A stretch of 51,131 nt of DNA from Actinomycetota bacterium (GTDB taxonomy: Bacteria > Actinomycetota > Thermoleophilia > Gaiellales > F1-60-MAGs149): assembly GCA_005798855.1 (NCBI GenBank), contig SYIF01000089.1:1-51131 (forward strand), given 5' to 3'. Shown in pieces: positions 33,368 to 44,038 of the stretch. Position numbers and translations under genes: made by a program. Below the pieces are notes generated by a model. That model made no database searches. It was not told where the DNA came from and worked only from the letters and a program-made list of their open reading frames with translations. The first letter of the stretch is position 1; every line of letters begins with the position of its first letter.

Positions 33368-35119
33368 GTGTCCACGCGCTCTGCTCCCCCTCGGACGCCG
33401 CGTCGCTCGACACGTCAGCGTCCGATTCCCCCGCCGGAGCGACGAATCCGCTGGTTGTTGGTAGCAGCCGTGCTGTTGCTCGTGATCTGCCTTGGACGTG
33501 CCGTGCAGATGCAGGTGGTCGACGGTAGCTGGTACTCCACGCGGGCAACTGGTCAGCACCGCGTTGAGATCGTCACCACCGCGCCTCGTGGCGCGATCCT
33601 CGACCGAGACGGGTATCGCCTTGCACTCACGGAACAGGCCAGCACAATCGGCGCCACGACGGCGATGATTACCGACCCTGCCCGGGTGGTGGCAGCGGTC
33701 GCTGAAGCCAGCGGCGAATCGCCCGACACGATCATGCAGCGGCTCCAAGCGGACGGTTCTGCGCACGTTGACCTTGCGCGCCAGGTACCAGCAGCCGCCG
33801 CCAAGCGCGTACAGGCGATGGGTATCGAGGGTCTCGATTTCACACCGGAAGACCGACGCGTCTACCCCAGTGCTATCGCTGCTCCCGTGATTGGCGTGAC
33901 TGATCTCGAAGGCAAGGGACTCGCCGGGCTCGAGCTGCAGTACGACAAGATCTTGCGCGGCACCAGCGGCCTCGAAGTACGGACTGAAGATCCGGCCGGT
34001 AACGCCATCAACGTGATTAGCCAGCAGGCGATGCGCCCGGGGCACACGATTAGCACTGGGATCGACCGTCAGGTCCAGATCGAAGCCGAGAGTGTGACGG
34101 CGCAGACGCGTACGGCATACCGCGCGAAGGCCGTGACTGCCATCGTGATGGATCCGACGACCGGCGAAATCCTCGCGATGGCATCCGGACCTGCACCCGC
34201 GGAAGGTGACTTCCGACAGGCGACGGCGGATCAGGTTCGCCTCCGTGCCATCACCGACGTCTACGAGCCGGGTTCGACCTTTAAGGCGGTCACGCTTGGT
34301 GCCGGGCTCGCAACGGGGCGCATCTCGCCAGCGACTACCGTCGATGTCGGCTCCGAATGGCAGCTGTACGACGGGATTTTGCGGGATTCGCACCCAGATC
34401 CGGGTGTCAAGACAGCGGCCGAGGCACTGCGAATGTCGTCCAACATTGGCGTTGCCAAACTTGCCTACGAGCACCTGTCGACGTCGGGAGCGCACGACAG
34501 CGTCTTGGCAAAGTGGATCGACCGATTCGGCTTTGGCGCGCCAACCGGTATCGACCTACCGGGCGAAGTGGCAGGCATCGTGCCGGCCTACAAGGATTGG
34601 TCAGGCACGTCGCCATTGAACATTCCGATTGGGCACGGCATCGCCACAACACCAATTCAGATTGCTCAGCTCTACGCCACGATCGCCAACGGTGGCCTGC
34701 AAACGACGCCTCATCTTGTGACACGCATTCACGGGCAAGGCCCGGTTGGGCTCCAGCAGCAGCGAGTCATGCCGGCTCGAGCGGCAAAAACGCTTGCGAG
34801 GATGCTCGAGGGTGTTGTCTCGGATCAAGGAACGGGCACGGCGGCACAGATCCCGGGCTACTCCGTGGCGGGCAAGACCGGTACCACGAAGAAGATCGAC
34901 AAAGACGGCACGTACTCCGACAACCGCTACCTCGCCTGGTTCGTCGGTTTCGCGCCGGTTAAGAATCCACGAGTATTGACGCTGATCATGGTCGACCAAC
35001 CGCGCGGTGGGCAGTACTACGGTGGCGAAGTTGCCGGACCGGCGTTCGCGAAACTGACCGAGCGAGCCCTGATCGCGCTTGGCGTACAGCAGGATCGCCC
35101 CGACACCGCAGCGGAGTAG
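33368..35119 (+). CDS. ftsI: penicillin-binding protein, class B transpeptidase (FtsI)
   Basis: A TM helix is followed by a PBP dimerisation region, then the STFK, SSN and KTGT motifs. The start is GTG 33368. Confidence 0.9.
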   Translation: MSTRSAPPRTPRRSTRQRPIPPPERRIRWLLVAAVLLLVICLGRAVQMQVVDGSWYSTRATGQHRVEIVTTAPRGAILDRDGYRLALTEQASTIGATTAMITDPARVVAAVAEASGESPDTIMQRLQADGSAHVDLARQVPAAAAKRVQAMGIEGLDFTPEDRRVYPSAIAAPVIGVTDLEGKGLAGLELQYDKILRGTSGLEVRTEDPAGNAINVISQQAMRPGHTISTGIDRQVQIEAESVTAQTRTAYRAKAVTAIVMDPTTGEILAMASGPAPAEGDFRQATADQVRLRAITDVYEPGSTFKAVTLGAGLATGRISPATTVDVGSEWQLYDGILRDSHPDPGVKTAAEALRMSSNIGVAKLAYEHLSTSGAHDSVLAKWIDRFGFGAPTGIDLPGEVAGIVPAYKDWSGTSPLNIPIGHGIATTPIQIAQLYATIANGGLQTTPHLVTRIHGQGPVGLQQQRVMPARAAKTLARMLEGVVSDQGTGTAAQIPGYSVAGKTGTTKKIDKDGTYSDNRYLAWFVGFAPVKNPRVLTLIMVDQPRGGQYYGGEVAGPAFAKLTERALIALGVQQDRPDTAAE

Positions 35120-35204
35120 GCGTGCCCGCCGCCAATGGTGCCGAACTGCTCCGGACGCCAGAACTGGGAATCCGCAGGGCAGGCGGACTAGGATTTGGTT
35201 CATA

Positions 35205-36620
35205 GTGCTGCTCACGGACCTCCTCGGTCCCGTTCTAGCGCGGGGCATGACGCTCCCAATTGCTGGAGTTGACGTCGTCGACCTCGCGTACGACTCGCGA
35301 CGAGTCGCAGACGGGACATTGTTCTTCTGCGCTCCCGGCGCCAGCACAGACGGGCACGACCACGCTGAGGCTGCCGTCGCGGCTGGTGCCGTTGCTCTCG
35401 TCGTTGAGCGCGAGTTGCCGATCGCCGTTCCCCAGGTGGTCGTCACTTCGACTCGGTCGCAAATGGGACCACTCGCCGACACGTTTTTTGGGCACCCATC
35501 GCGCCAACTTCGTGTGCTCGCCGTAACGGGCACGAACGGGAAGACAACCACTGCCTATCTGCAACACGCGATTCTAACTGCAGCAGGGCAGCAAGCAGGC
35601 CTGCTGGGGACGATCGAACGACGGATTGGTGGTCTGAGCGAGGCCGCCGTGCGCACGACCACTGAGGCGATCGATCTCCACCGAGATTTTCGCCGCATGG
35701 TTGATGCAGGTGACACTGCGTGCGCGATGGAAGTCTCGTCGCATGCGCTCGAGCAGGAGCGAGTTGGGGGTGTCACATTCGCCGCAGCGGCCTTTACGAA
35801 CCTGACGCGCGATCACCTCGATTATCACTCGAGCATGGAGTCCTATTTCGCCGCCAAGGCACGGCTCTTCGACGGCCGCTGCCCGAGTGCCTCCAACGCC
35901 GACGACGAGTACGGGTGCCAACTCTCGTCTGATCTTCGTTATGGCATCGATGCAGCCGCTGCAGAGGTACGCGCCGAGCAGATCGTGCTCGGTCCCAGCA
36001 GCACCCAGTTTCGTCTCTGCAGCCCGTGGGGATCTGCCGATGTGCAGACAGAGCTCGTTGGGATGTTTAACGTCGAAAATGCGCTTGCGGCCGCCAGTAG
36101 CGCCGAACTCGCCGGCATTGAGATTGAGGCTATCGTGGCTGGGCTTGCCGGGGTTTCGGGTGTACCTGGTCGTCTCGAGGTTGTCAGCGACGACCAGCCA
36201 TTTGCGGTGATCGTCGACTACGCACACACGGCAGATGCACTTGGCAATGTCTTGCGCGCCGTGCGCGGTCTTACGACGGGCCGCGTGATTGTCGTGTTTG
36301 GTTGCGGCGGCGATCGTGATCGCGGCAAGCGACCCGAGATGGCGCGGGTCGCCTGCTCGTTGGCCGACCACGTGATCATTACGTCAGACAACCCTCGCTC
36401 AGAGGATCCACAGGCGATTGTCGACGAGGCGCTCGCGGGTGTCGACGGAGGCATCGAGGTCGAGTTGGACCGTCGCACGGCGATCGCCAGAGCGATCGAG
36501 TTGGCAGGCCGAGGCGACGTTGTGCTGATCGCCGGCAAGGGGCATGAACAAGGGCAAGACAGCGGTGGCGTGATCACTCCATTCGACGATCGGGTGGTTG
36601 CGCGAGAGGTGCTGGCGTGA
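35205..36620 (+). CDS. murE: UDP-N-acetylmuramoyl-L-alanyl-D-glutamate--2,6-diaminopimelate ligase
   Basis: Motifs: DSRRV..G.LFF, GTNGKTTT, DYAHTADAL and DNPRSEDP. The DNPR motif suggests DAP specificity. The start was chosen at GTG 35205. Confidence 0.9.
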   Translation: MLLTDLLGPVLARGMTLPIAGVDVVDLAYDSRRVADGTLFFCAPGASTDGHDHAEAAVAAGAVALVVERELPIAVPQVVVTSTRSQMGPLADTFFGHPSRQLRVLAVTGTNGKTTTAYLQHAILTAAGQQAGLLGTIERRIGGLSEAAVRTTTEAIDLHRDFRRMVDAGDTACAMEVSSHALEQERVGGVTFAAAAFTNLTRDHLDYHSSMESYFAAKARLFDGRCPSASNADDEYGCQLSSDLRYGIDAAAAEVRAEQIVLGPSSTQFRLCSPWGSADVQTELVGMFNVENALAAASSAELAGIEIEAIVAGLAGVSGVPGRLEVVSDDQPFAVIVDYAHTADALGNVLRAVRGLTTGRVIVVFGCGGDRDRGKRPEMARVACSLADHVIITSDNPRSEDPQAIVDEALAGVDGGIEVELDRRTAIARAIELAGRGDVVLIAGKGHEQGQDSGGVITPFDDRVVAREVLA

Positions 36621-37987
36621 TTCCGCTCAAGCTCGTGGATGTGCCGGCATCGCTCGTGATGCGCGGGGATCCACAGGTCCGTGCCACCGGCATCGCGATC
36701 GATTCGCGGCTGGTTGAGGCCGGCGATCTCTTCATCGCAATTCGAGGTGGTATCGACCACATCGAGGCAGCCACGGCTGCCGGCGCGATCGCGGTTGTCG
36801 TGGAAGAAGACCATGTCGAAACGGCACGTGAGTCGACGATTCCGACGATTCTGGCGACGTTCTCCAGTATTCGCTGTCTGCAGTGCATCGGCGACGTCAA
36901 CGCGGCAGCCACGCTGGCGCAGCGCGTCGGCATTACCGGCAGCACAGGCAAAACGTCAACGAAGGACGCACTCGCCCACCTGATCGCGGATCAGCGGCGC
37001 GTCGTAGCGGCACTCGAAGGCCACAACAACGAGATCGGCTATCCGCTAACCCTCACGCGGATCAATGCAGACACCGAGGTTGCGGTCTGCGAGCTGGCAA
37101 TGCGAGGCAAAGGGCAGATCGCAGAACTCTGTGCCATTGCCGCTCCGGACATCGGTGTGATTACGAACATCGGTGTTGCGCACATGGAGCTGCTCGGATC
37201 GCTCGAGGCGATTGCCGCTGCCAAGGCAGAGATCGCCGAGGGGCTCCGCGAGGGTGGCCAGCTCGTGCTGCCCTTTGCCGAGCCACTGCTCGATCCATAC
37301 CTGCCGGCCGACGCGCAGATCACGACCTTTGGCGATGAGGCGGGCTCGGACATTCAGCTCGTCGACCGAATCGTTCGCGACGATGGACAGGACTTGACGT
37401 ACCTCGTACATGGCGAACTCCTGACACTCAACACCAATCTCGTCGGTCGTCACCATGCCCGCAACGTAGCCGCTGCTATCGCAGTCTGTCAGATTCTCGG
37501 CCTCGATCTCGAACGTGTTGCGGCGCGTGCAGGTGCGATTCCACTGCCGCGTTGGCGGGGCGAAACGCAGCGTCTCGCGGGCGGTATTGATGTCGTCAAC
37601 GATGCCTACAACGCCAACCCGGCCTCGATGGAGACGGCACTACGGCTGCTGGCTGAGACACCAACAGAAGGGCGCCGCATCGCTGTCCTGGGACTGATGG
37701 CCGAGCTCGGACCCGAGGCGGAGCGGTATCACCGAGAGGTCGGAGCGCTGGCGGCGAGGGTCGGGGTCGATATGGTGGTCGCCGTGGGGGATCTCGCACG
37801 TGCCTATCTCGACGGAGCTGGTGATGGAGTGTCGGGCGTTGCTGTTGCCGATGCGACTGCTGCCGTTGAGCAGGTGCTCGCCACCGTGCAGCTAGGTGAT
37901 CGTGTGCTGGTCAAAGGCTCGCGCGCAGCAGGCCTAGAGGTCGTGCCGACACTCCTCGCAGAACGCCTCGAAGGCTCCGCCACATGA
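36617..37987 (+). CDS. murF: UDP-N-acetylmuramoyl-tripeptide--D-alanyl-D-alanine ligase
   Basis: Motifs are GSTGKTSTKD and NDAYNANP. Its position in the cluster fits, and it has a 4-nt overlap with murE. Confidence 0.9.
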   Translation: MIPLKLVDVPASLVMRGDPQVRATGIAIDSRLVEAGDLFIAIRGGIDHIEAATAAGAIAVVVEEDHVETARESTIPTILATFSSIRCLQCIGDVNAAATLAQRVGITGSTGKTSTKDALAHLIADQRRVVAALEGHNNEIGYPLTLTRINADTEVAVCELAMRGKGQIAELCAIAAPDIGVITNIGVAHMELLGSLEAIAAAKAEIAEGLREGGQLVLPFAEPLLDPYLPADAQITTFGDEAGSDIQLVDRIVRDDGQDLTYLVHGELLTLNTNLVGRHHARNVAAAIAVCQILGLDLERVAARAGAIPLPRWRGETQRLAGGIDVVNDAYNANPASMETALRLLAETPTEGRRIAVLGLMAELGPEAERYHREVGALAARVGVDMVVAVGDLARAYLDGAGDGVSGVAVADATAAVEQVLATVQLGDRVLVKGSRAAGLEVVPTLLAERLEGSAT

Positions 37988-39045
37988 CCAGCGTGCTCGC
38001 CTCTGGCGTCGTGGCGATCCTGATTTCGATCTTGGCTGGACCACGCTTTATTATCCTGCTCCGCCGCTACAAGGTTGGTCAGCGCATCCGTGACGAGGGC
38101 CCCGTTGGGCATCAGACAAAGTCCGGTACACCCACGATGGGTGGCCTCCTGATCATCCTCGCAACGCTCGTTCCGTACGCCATTTTCTCGTCCTACGGAG
38201 CGCGCAGCCTCGCGATTATCGGGGCGATGGTCGGCTGTGGCCTGATTGGCTTCCTCGACGACTATCTCAGCGTGATCCGGCGTCGCTCGCTTGGGCTCCA
38301 GGGACGGTGGAAGTTACTGGGGCAGGTGCTGATCTCGGCCGGCATCTGCTTTGTCGCCGTTCGTGAGGGCATCTCAACGAGCGTCTTTCTCCCAATCGTG
38401 GATACCCACCTCGACCTTGGCCCCGCGTGGTACGTGCTCGTCTTCTTGATCGTGGTGGGAGCATCGAACGCCGTCAACCTGACGGACGGTCTCGATGGCC
38501 TCGCCGCTGGCACCTCCGTGATAGCGATGCTTGCCTTTACGGCGATGTGCGTAATTGGCTTCCAAGTCGGGCAGCGAGCACTATCAGCTCCAGGCATGGA
38601 CAATGCCGTGATCGGTCCAGGGCTGTTTGACTTGCAGTCACAGACGTCAGCGACGCTCGACCTCGCGATCCTTGCCGCGGCACTCCTCGGTGCCTGTGTG
38701 GGCTTTCTCTGGTTTAACAGCTATCCGGCTGAGGTCTTCATGGGCGACACGGGATCGCTTGCGCTCGGGGGAGCGCTCGCAGGCTTTGCGATCTTTACGA
38801 AGACAGAGCTCTTGCTGCCCTTGATCGGTGGAATCTTCGTCGCCGAGGCAGGCAGCGTAATCATCCAAGTGATTAGCTTCCGACGCTTTGGTCGGCGTGT
38901 CTTCTTGATGGCACCGGTGCATCACCACTTCGAGATGAAGGCCTGGAGCGAAACGAAAATCATGTTCCGTTTCTTGATCGTGGCGTCGATCTTCGCCTCG
39001 ATTGCCTTCGTCCTCTACTACGTGCGCTTTGACCAGTACGTATGA
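37984..39045 (+). CDS. mraY: phospho-N-acetylmuramoyl-pentapeptide transferase
   Basis: Motifs: K.GTPTMGG, DDY, NAVNLTDGLDGLA, MGDTGSLALGG, PVHHHFE. Confidence 0.93.
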   Translation: MTSVLASGVVAILISILAGPRFIILLRRYKVGQRIRDEGPVGHQTKSGTPTMGGLLIILATLVPYAIFSSYGARSLAIIGAMVGCGLIGFLDDYLSVIRRRSLGLQGRWKLLGQVLISAGICFVAVREGISTSVFLPIVDTHLDLGPAWYVLVFLIVVGASNAVNLTDGLDGLAAGTSVIAMLAFTAMCVIGFQVGQRALSAPGMDNAVIGPGLFDLQSQTSATLDLAILAAALLGACVGFLWFNSYPAEVFMGDTGSLALGGALAGFAIFTKTELLLPLIGGIFVAEAGSVIIQVISFRRFGRRVFLMAPVHHHFEMKAWSETKIMFRFLIVASIFASIAFVLYYVRFDQYV

Positions 39046-40328
39046 GCAGCGACCTCGAGTTACCGCGACACCCGCTCGTTCTGGGTGCGGCTCGTTCTGG
39101 GCGAGCAGCAGCACGAGCGTTGCTCGAGGCTGGGATGGAGGTGACGCTTGTCGATGATGCGCCCGTCGAGAGTGTTGACGCGCCCTGTGCAATCGTCGTG
39201 CCAGCCGCTGTCGATGTGGGCGAGTTTGATGTCATCGTCAAAAGCCCCGGCGTACCCAGTGATCACCCGCTGCTGGTTGCTGCGCGAGCGCTCGACCGAC
39301 CGATTTGGGCAGAGGTCGAGCTCGGCTATCGACTCTTGCCACCCGGCGCACGCGTGATCGGGGTGACGGGCACGAACGGCAAGACCACGACGATCGAACT
39401 GGTCGGAGCGATGCTCTACGCAGCAGCGCTACCACACGTCGTCTGTGGCAATGTCGGCACAGCTCTCTGCGAGGTTGCTGTCCACCTTCCACAGGGCGGC
39501 ATCGTGGTCTGCGAACTGTCGAGTTTTCAGCTGGAAGACATCGTGAGTTTTCACTGCGATGCAGCGGCCGTCACCAACATCACGCCAGATCACCTGGATC
39601 GACACGGCTCACTGGAAGACTACGAGCGCGCAAAACTGCGGATCTTTGAGACGCAAGACGACAAGGACATTGCGGTCCTCAACGATGACGATCCACGCTG
39701 TGCTGACCTCTCACGGCTACCGGGTGACGGCGAGATTGTGCGCGTCCACGGAGCCGATGCCGAGGCGTACGGGTTTGCCGACGGACTGTTGCTGGGAGAC
39801 CACAATCGTGAGAACGTGGCTGTAGCGGCTGCGCTCGTGCAGGCTGTCGGCGTCCCGCTCGAGTGTATTGCTGTGGCCGTGCACGACTTTGTGCCCGTCC
39901 CGCACCGACTTGAGGACTGCGGCAGCATCGCTGGAGTCCAGTTCTGGAACGACTCCAAGGCGACGAATGTCGATGCCACAATCAAGGCGCTGACCGCGTT
40001 CCCCGACGGTGCCGTACGATTGATTCTCGGCGGAAGCGATAAGGGTGCCGATTTTGCTCCACTCGCCGCCGCGCTTCCGGGCCGCATTCGACGCGCCTAT
40101 CTGACGGGGCCGGCAGGGGCTCGCATGGTCGAAACGCTGGCCGCGGCCAGCGTCGATGCGGTGCTGTGCGAGGGGCTGTCTGCTGCCGTCCAGACAGCCG
40201 CAGGTGACGCCGAACGCGGGGAGCACGTCTTGCTCGCACCGGCCTGTGCAAGTTTCGACGAATTTGCCGACTACGTCGCTCGGGGAGAGCACTTTCGTGC
40301 GTTGGTTTTAGCGCTCGGCGCTGCGTAG
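39042..40328 (+). CDS. murD: UDP-N-acetylmuramoylalanine--D-glutamate ligase
   Basis: Motifs are GVTGTNGKTTT, NITPDHLDRH and NDSKATN. Its position in the cluster fits. Confidence 0.9.
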   Translation: MSSDLELPRHPLVLGAARSGRAAARALLEAGMEVTLVDDAPVESVDAPCAIVVPAAVDVGEFDVIVKSPGVPSDHPLLVAARALDRPIWAEVELGYRLLPPGARVIGVTGTNGKTTTIELVGAMLYAAALPHVVCGNVGTALCEVAVHLPQGGIVVCELSSFQLEDIVSFHCDAAAVTNITPDHLDRHGSLEDYERAKLRIFETQDDKDIAVLNDDDPRCADLSRLPGDGEIVRVHGADAEAYGFADGLLLGDHNRENVAVAAALVQAVGVPLECIAVAVHDFVPVPHRLEDCGSIAGVQFWNDSKATNVDATIKALTAFPDGAVRLILGGSDKGADFAPLAAALPGRIRRAYLTGPAGARMVETLAAASVDAVLCEGLSAAVQTAAGDAERGEHVLLAPACASFDEFADYVARGEHFRALVLALGAA

Positions 40329-40371
40329 TCACTGGCAGAGGGGATGCCAGTCGGGTGGCGAAATCAGCCGT

Positions 40372-41631
40372 ATGCAACGCGCTAACCCTCTCCGACTGTT
40401 TCGTTCCGACGCAGCGAGTCCCACCTTGCTGCGTCGCGAATTGCCACTCGAGGGGCAGGTGTTGGGAATCGTCACGATCATCCTCACCGTCGTTGGACAG
40501 CTGATGATCTACTCGGCCTCAAGCGCGTACGCGATGACGCGCTCTGAGTTCAATTTCGATTCGCTCTATTTCATCAAGACAGGCCTCGTCTACACGATTT
40601 TTGGTGTTGCCTTGATGCTGGGACTGGTTTTTGTGCCGGCCGGTTGGCTCCGACGGTTTGCGCCAATCATTTTTATTGCGTCACTGATCGGTCTGATTGC
40701 CGTCAAGGTTCCAGGCATTGGCGTCACGGTCAATGGGGCTGCCCGCTGGCTCGCGCTCGGACCCATCACGATCCAGCCCTCCGAGTTTGCGAAGGTCGGG
40801 ACGCTCTTGATTGTCGCAGCGATGCTCGCGACCAGGAAACGGCCACCGAATACCGTCAAAGAACTGTTGATGCCAATTGGCTTGGTCGTCGGTGTGGTCT
40901 GCGCGCTGATTATGGTGCAGCCTGACCTCGGTACGACGATTGCGGTCTGTCTGATGGTCTTCGCACTGCTCGTCGTGGCGGGCACCAAAAAGTCGTTGCT
41001 CGCCTTCGTGCTTGGTGCCGGCTTTGTGATCGGATCCTTGCTGATTTATGCCGCGCCCTACCGTCGCGATCGGTTCCTCGCGTTCCTCGACCCGTGGGCG
41101 CAGAGTGCCGATGGCGCGTACCAAGTGGTCCAGTCGATGATCGCGATCGGCTCGGGAGGCATTTTCGGAGTTGGCTTGGGAGGCAGCGTGCAGAAGGTCA
41201 ACTTCCTGCCTGAGGCGCACACCGACATGATCTTTGCCGTGATTGGCGAAGAGCTAGGCCTGTTCGGCTCGGTCGTAATCGTGGCACTGTTTGTGGTCTT
41301 CGCCTGGGCTGGCTATACGATCGCGATGCGCACGGTCGATCCGTTTCAGCGTTTCTTGGCTGCCGGCGCGACAGCTCTGATCGTGGGACAGGCAATCGTT
41401 AACCTTGGTGCCGTGATGGGTATCTTGCCGCTGACGGGCATTCCGCTGCCACTGATCTCACACGGATCGTCGTCGCGGATTGTGATCTTGGCGCTGGTTG
41501 GCATGCTGATCGCCATCAGCCGCGAGCCGCAGATTGCGCTGCCAACTGCTCGGAAACGCGCGCCAGAACCCGAGCCCGATGCTTCAGTTGCGCGTCCGGC
41601 TCGGCGGCGGACCACCGCGAAAGCGCGCTAG
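40372..41631 (+). CDS. ftsW: SEDS-family peptidoglycan glycosyltransferase FtsW
   Basis: It is a polytopic protein with IQPSEFAK, PDLGT, LPEAHTDMIFAVIGEELG and PLTG.PLP..S.G.SS. Confidence 0.9.
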   Translation: MQRANPLRLFRSDAASPTLLRRELPLEGQVLGIVTIILTVVGQLMIYSASSAYAMTRSEFNFDSLYFIKTGLVYTIFGVALMLGLVFVPAGWLRRFAPIIFIASLIGLIAVKVPGIGVTVNGAARWLALGPITIQPSEFAKVGTLLIVAAMLATRKRPPNTVKELLMPIGLVVGVVCALIMVQPDLGTTIAVCLMVFALLVVAGTKKSLLAFVLGAGFVIGSLLIYAAPYRRDRFLAFLDPWAQSADGAYQVVQSMIAIGSGGIFGVGLGGSVQKVNFLPEAHTDMIFAVIGEELGLFGSVVIVALFVVFAWAGYTIAMRTVDPFQRFLAAGATALIVGQAIVNLGAVMGILPLTGIPLPLISHGSSSRIVILALVGMLIAISREPQIALPTARKRAPEPEPDASVARPARRRTTAKAR

Positions 41632-41660
41632 GCGCCGCGGCGTCCTCTAGCCTTGAAGGT

Positions 41661-42734
41661 ATGCCAGTGCGGATCCTGATTGCTGCTGGGGGAACCGTTG
41701 GCCACGTTGCACCAGCCCTCGCTGTCGCCGACGCCTTGCGCGAGCGTGGAGCAGACGTCACGTTTGCTGGTACGCCGGCGCGGATTGAAGCCGAGCTCGT
41801 GCCTGCTCGGGGCTACCCGTTCGTACCGTTTGCTGTGGACGGTTTTCCTCGCCGCCCGAGCCTCAAGCTCGTCAAGGCGCTGGGTCGGGCAGCCGTCGCC
41901 CCGGTCGCCTGCTCGAAGATCATCAAGGACGTGCGGCCCGACGTGGTCTTTGGGGGCGGAGGCTATGTCGCTGGACCAATGCTGGTCGCGGCTCGCCGAC
42001 ACTCCATTCCGTCTGCGCTGAGCGAGGCCGATGCTCGACTTGGTCTCGCCAACCGGCTGGCGGCACCGCTCGTCAATCGCGTCTTTCTCGCCTTCCCGAT
42101 GGCGGGACGCAGCGGCGGAAAGTACCTCGTCACAGGACGCCCCGTCGATCGTGCCTTTATCGAGACGACGCGCGCCGAGGCCCGCAGCCAGCTGGGGCTA
42201 GCGCCGGAGCAGCGCGTGATTGTGGCCTTCGGTGGCTCGCTCGGCGCGGGGCCCATCAATAGTGCCTTGCGCGCTGCCTACGACGATGGGGTACCCGCGG
42301 GACAACGCATCTACCTGATCGCCGGTCGTGGCAAGGCTCAAACAACGAGCGGTCCAGAGCTCTTTGAAGAGCAGGAGTTCACCACTGCCATGCCCATGCT
42401 CCTCGCAGCCGCCGATGTGGTGGTGGCCCGTGCGGGTGGGTCGGTAGCCGAAATTGCCGCCGCTGGGCGCGCCGCGGTTCTGATTCCTTGGGCTGGTGCA
42501 GCAGATGATCATCAGACGCTCAATGCCGCTTCGTTTGCAGCCGCCGGTGCAGCCACCGTGATCTCCGACGCTCAACTGACGGTGCCCGCGCTGCGGAAGG
42601 CAATCGACGCGATCATCGGCGACGCCGCGTACCAGTCCGAGATGGAGCAGGCGATGCGCTCGCTCGCTCGACCCAACGCGGCACAGGAGATGGCCGACGA
42701 ACTGCTGCGCCTCGCCGAGGAGTCCAAGCGATGA
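41661..42734 (+). CDS. murG: undecaprenyldiphospho-muramoylpentapeptide beta-N-acetylglucosaminyltransferase
   Basis: Motifs are GGT.GH..PALAVA, GGY and RAG.....E......P..L.P......DHQ..NA. Confidence 0.9.
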   Translation: MPVRILIAAGGTVGHVAPALAVADALRERGADVTFAGTPARIEAELVPARGYPFVPFAVDGFPRRPSLKLVKALGRAAVAPVACSKIIKDVRPDVVFGGGGYVAGPMLVAARRHSIPSALSEADARLGLANRLAAPLVNRVFLAFPMAGRSGGKYLVTGRPVDRAFIETTRAEARSQLGLAPEQRVIVAFGGSLGAGPINSALRAAYDDGVPAGQRIYLIAGRGKAQTTSGPELFEEQEFTTAMPMLLAAADVVVARAGGSVAEIAAAGRAAVLIPWAGAADDHQTLNAASFAAAGAATVISDAQLTVPALRKAIDAIIGDAAYQSEMEQAMRSLARPNAAQEMADELLRLAEESKR

Positions 42735-44038
42735 GCATCCACCTCGTCGGCGTGGGGGGAGCGGGCATGAGCGGTATCGCGCGCGTGCTGGCTCAACGCG
42801 GGCAGGCGGTGACGGGCTGCGATCGTGAGGCGACTCGGTTGACGAAGGCGCTGATGACCGAAGGAATTGCCTGCGCGGTCGGCCATAGCGCCGAGCACGC
42901 AGAGACCGCCGAACGCCTGATCGTCTCTGGTGCCATTGCCGACGACGCTCCCGAACTGGTTCGAGCGCGCGCGCTCGGACTGCCGATCCAACACCGAGCA
43001 GAGGCGCTCGCCGACATTCTTCGCGAGCACGCTGCCCGCGTCGTCGTGACCGGCGCGCATGGCAAGACAACGACAAGCGCCATGTTGGCCGCTGCCGCAG
43101 TCGAGCTCGGTCTCGACCCAACGTTTGTCGTTGGGGGCGACGTCCGTCAGCTCGGTACCAACGGGCGGGGTGGATCGGACCAGATCGCGATCGTCGAGGG
43201 CGACGAATCTGATCGTTCAGTTCGGCAACTCCCGGCAACGATCGGCGTGATTCTGAACGTCGACTTCGATCACCTTGACCACTACGACTCTGTTGAGGAT
43301 GTTGTCGCGTTGCTTGGTGAGTGGGCTGCCACAGTACCGACGGACGGCCTGATGGTACTCGGCGACGGTGTTGCGATTGCACCGGCGGCAGAGGTGGCTC
43401 GGTTCGGCGTCGGTCCGGGTGAGGGACTCCGCGCGCTCGATGCCGTTGCGGATGGTGATGGCATTGCGTTTCGTCCGTCGCGTGGGCCCGAGCGGGTGCG
43501 ACTCACCGTGCCTGGCGTCCACAACGCCGGGAATGCCTGCGCCGCAGCACTCGTGCTCGAACGATTTGGTGTGTCGCTCGAGGAGGCCTTCGCAGCCCTT
43601 GAACGTTTCGAGGGTGCCGGACGACGGTTCGAGGTCGTCGGTCGCGCCTTTGGCTACACCGTCGTCGACGATTATGCCCATCATCCGACCGAGCTCGCAG
43701 CCGCCATCGCGGCAGCGCGTGGGCGGGAGCCAAAGCGCCTGATTGTGCTCTTTCAGCCGCACATGCCGTGGCGCACGATCGCCTTTGGTGAGCAGTTTGC
43801 CGAGGCGTTGAAGGCAGCTGACCGGGTCATTGTAGTCGAGACGTACGTGGCGCGTGGGGCACCCGATCCGGGAGCAAGCGCACGTCGGATTGCCCAGCTG
43901 GTCGGCTCGAAGGCCGTCTTCATTGCCACCGGCGGTGCCGCCGCGCGGGAAATTCAAGGAATTGCCCGCAGCGGCGATCTGATTCTTTGCTGCGGCGCTG
44001 GGCCTGTTGATCAGATCGCGCGGGCGGTGCTCAATTGA
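42731..44038 (+). CDS. murC: UDP-N-acetylmuramate--L-alanine ligase
   Basis: Motifs are H.VG.GG.GMSGIA, GAHGKTTT.S and DDYAHHPTE. Confidence 0.92.
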   Translation: MSIHLVGVGGAGMSGIARVLAQRGQAVTGCDREATRLTKALMTEGIACAVGHSAEHAETAERLIVSGAIADDAPELVRARALGLPIQHRAEALADILREHAARVVVTGAHGKTTTSAMLAAAAVELGLDPTFVVGGDVRQLGTNGRGGSDQIAIVEGDESDRSVRQLPATIGVILNVDFDHLDHYDSVEDVVALLGEWAATVPTDGLMVLGDGVAIAPAAEVARFGVGPGEGLRALDAVADGDGIAFRPSRGPERVRLTVPGVHNAGNACAAALVLERFGVSLEEAFAALERFEGAGRRFEVVGRAFGYTVVDDYAHHPTELAAAIAAARGREPKRLIVLFQPHMPWRTIAFGEQFAEALKAADRVIVVETYVARGAPDPGASARRIAQLVGSKAVFIATGGAAAREIQGIARSGDLILCCGAGPVDQIARAVLN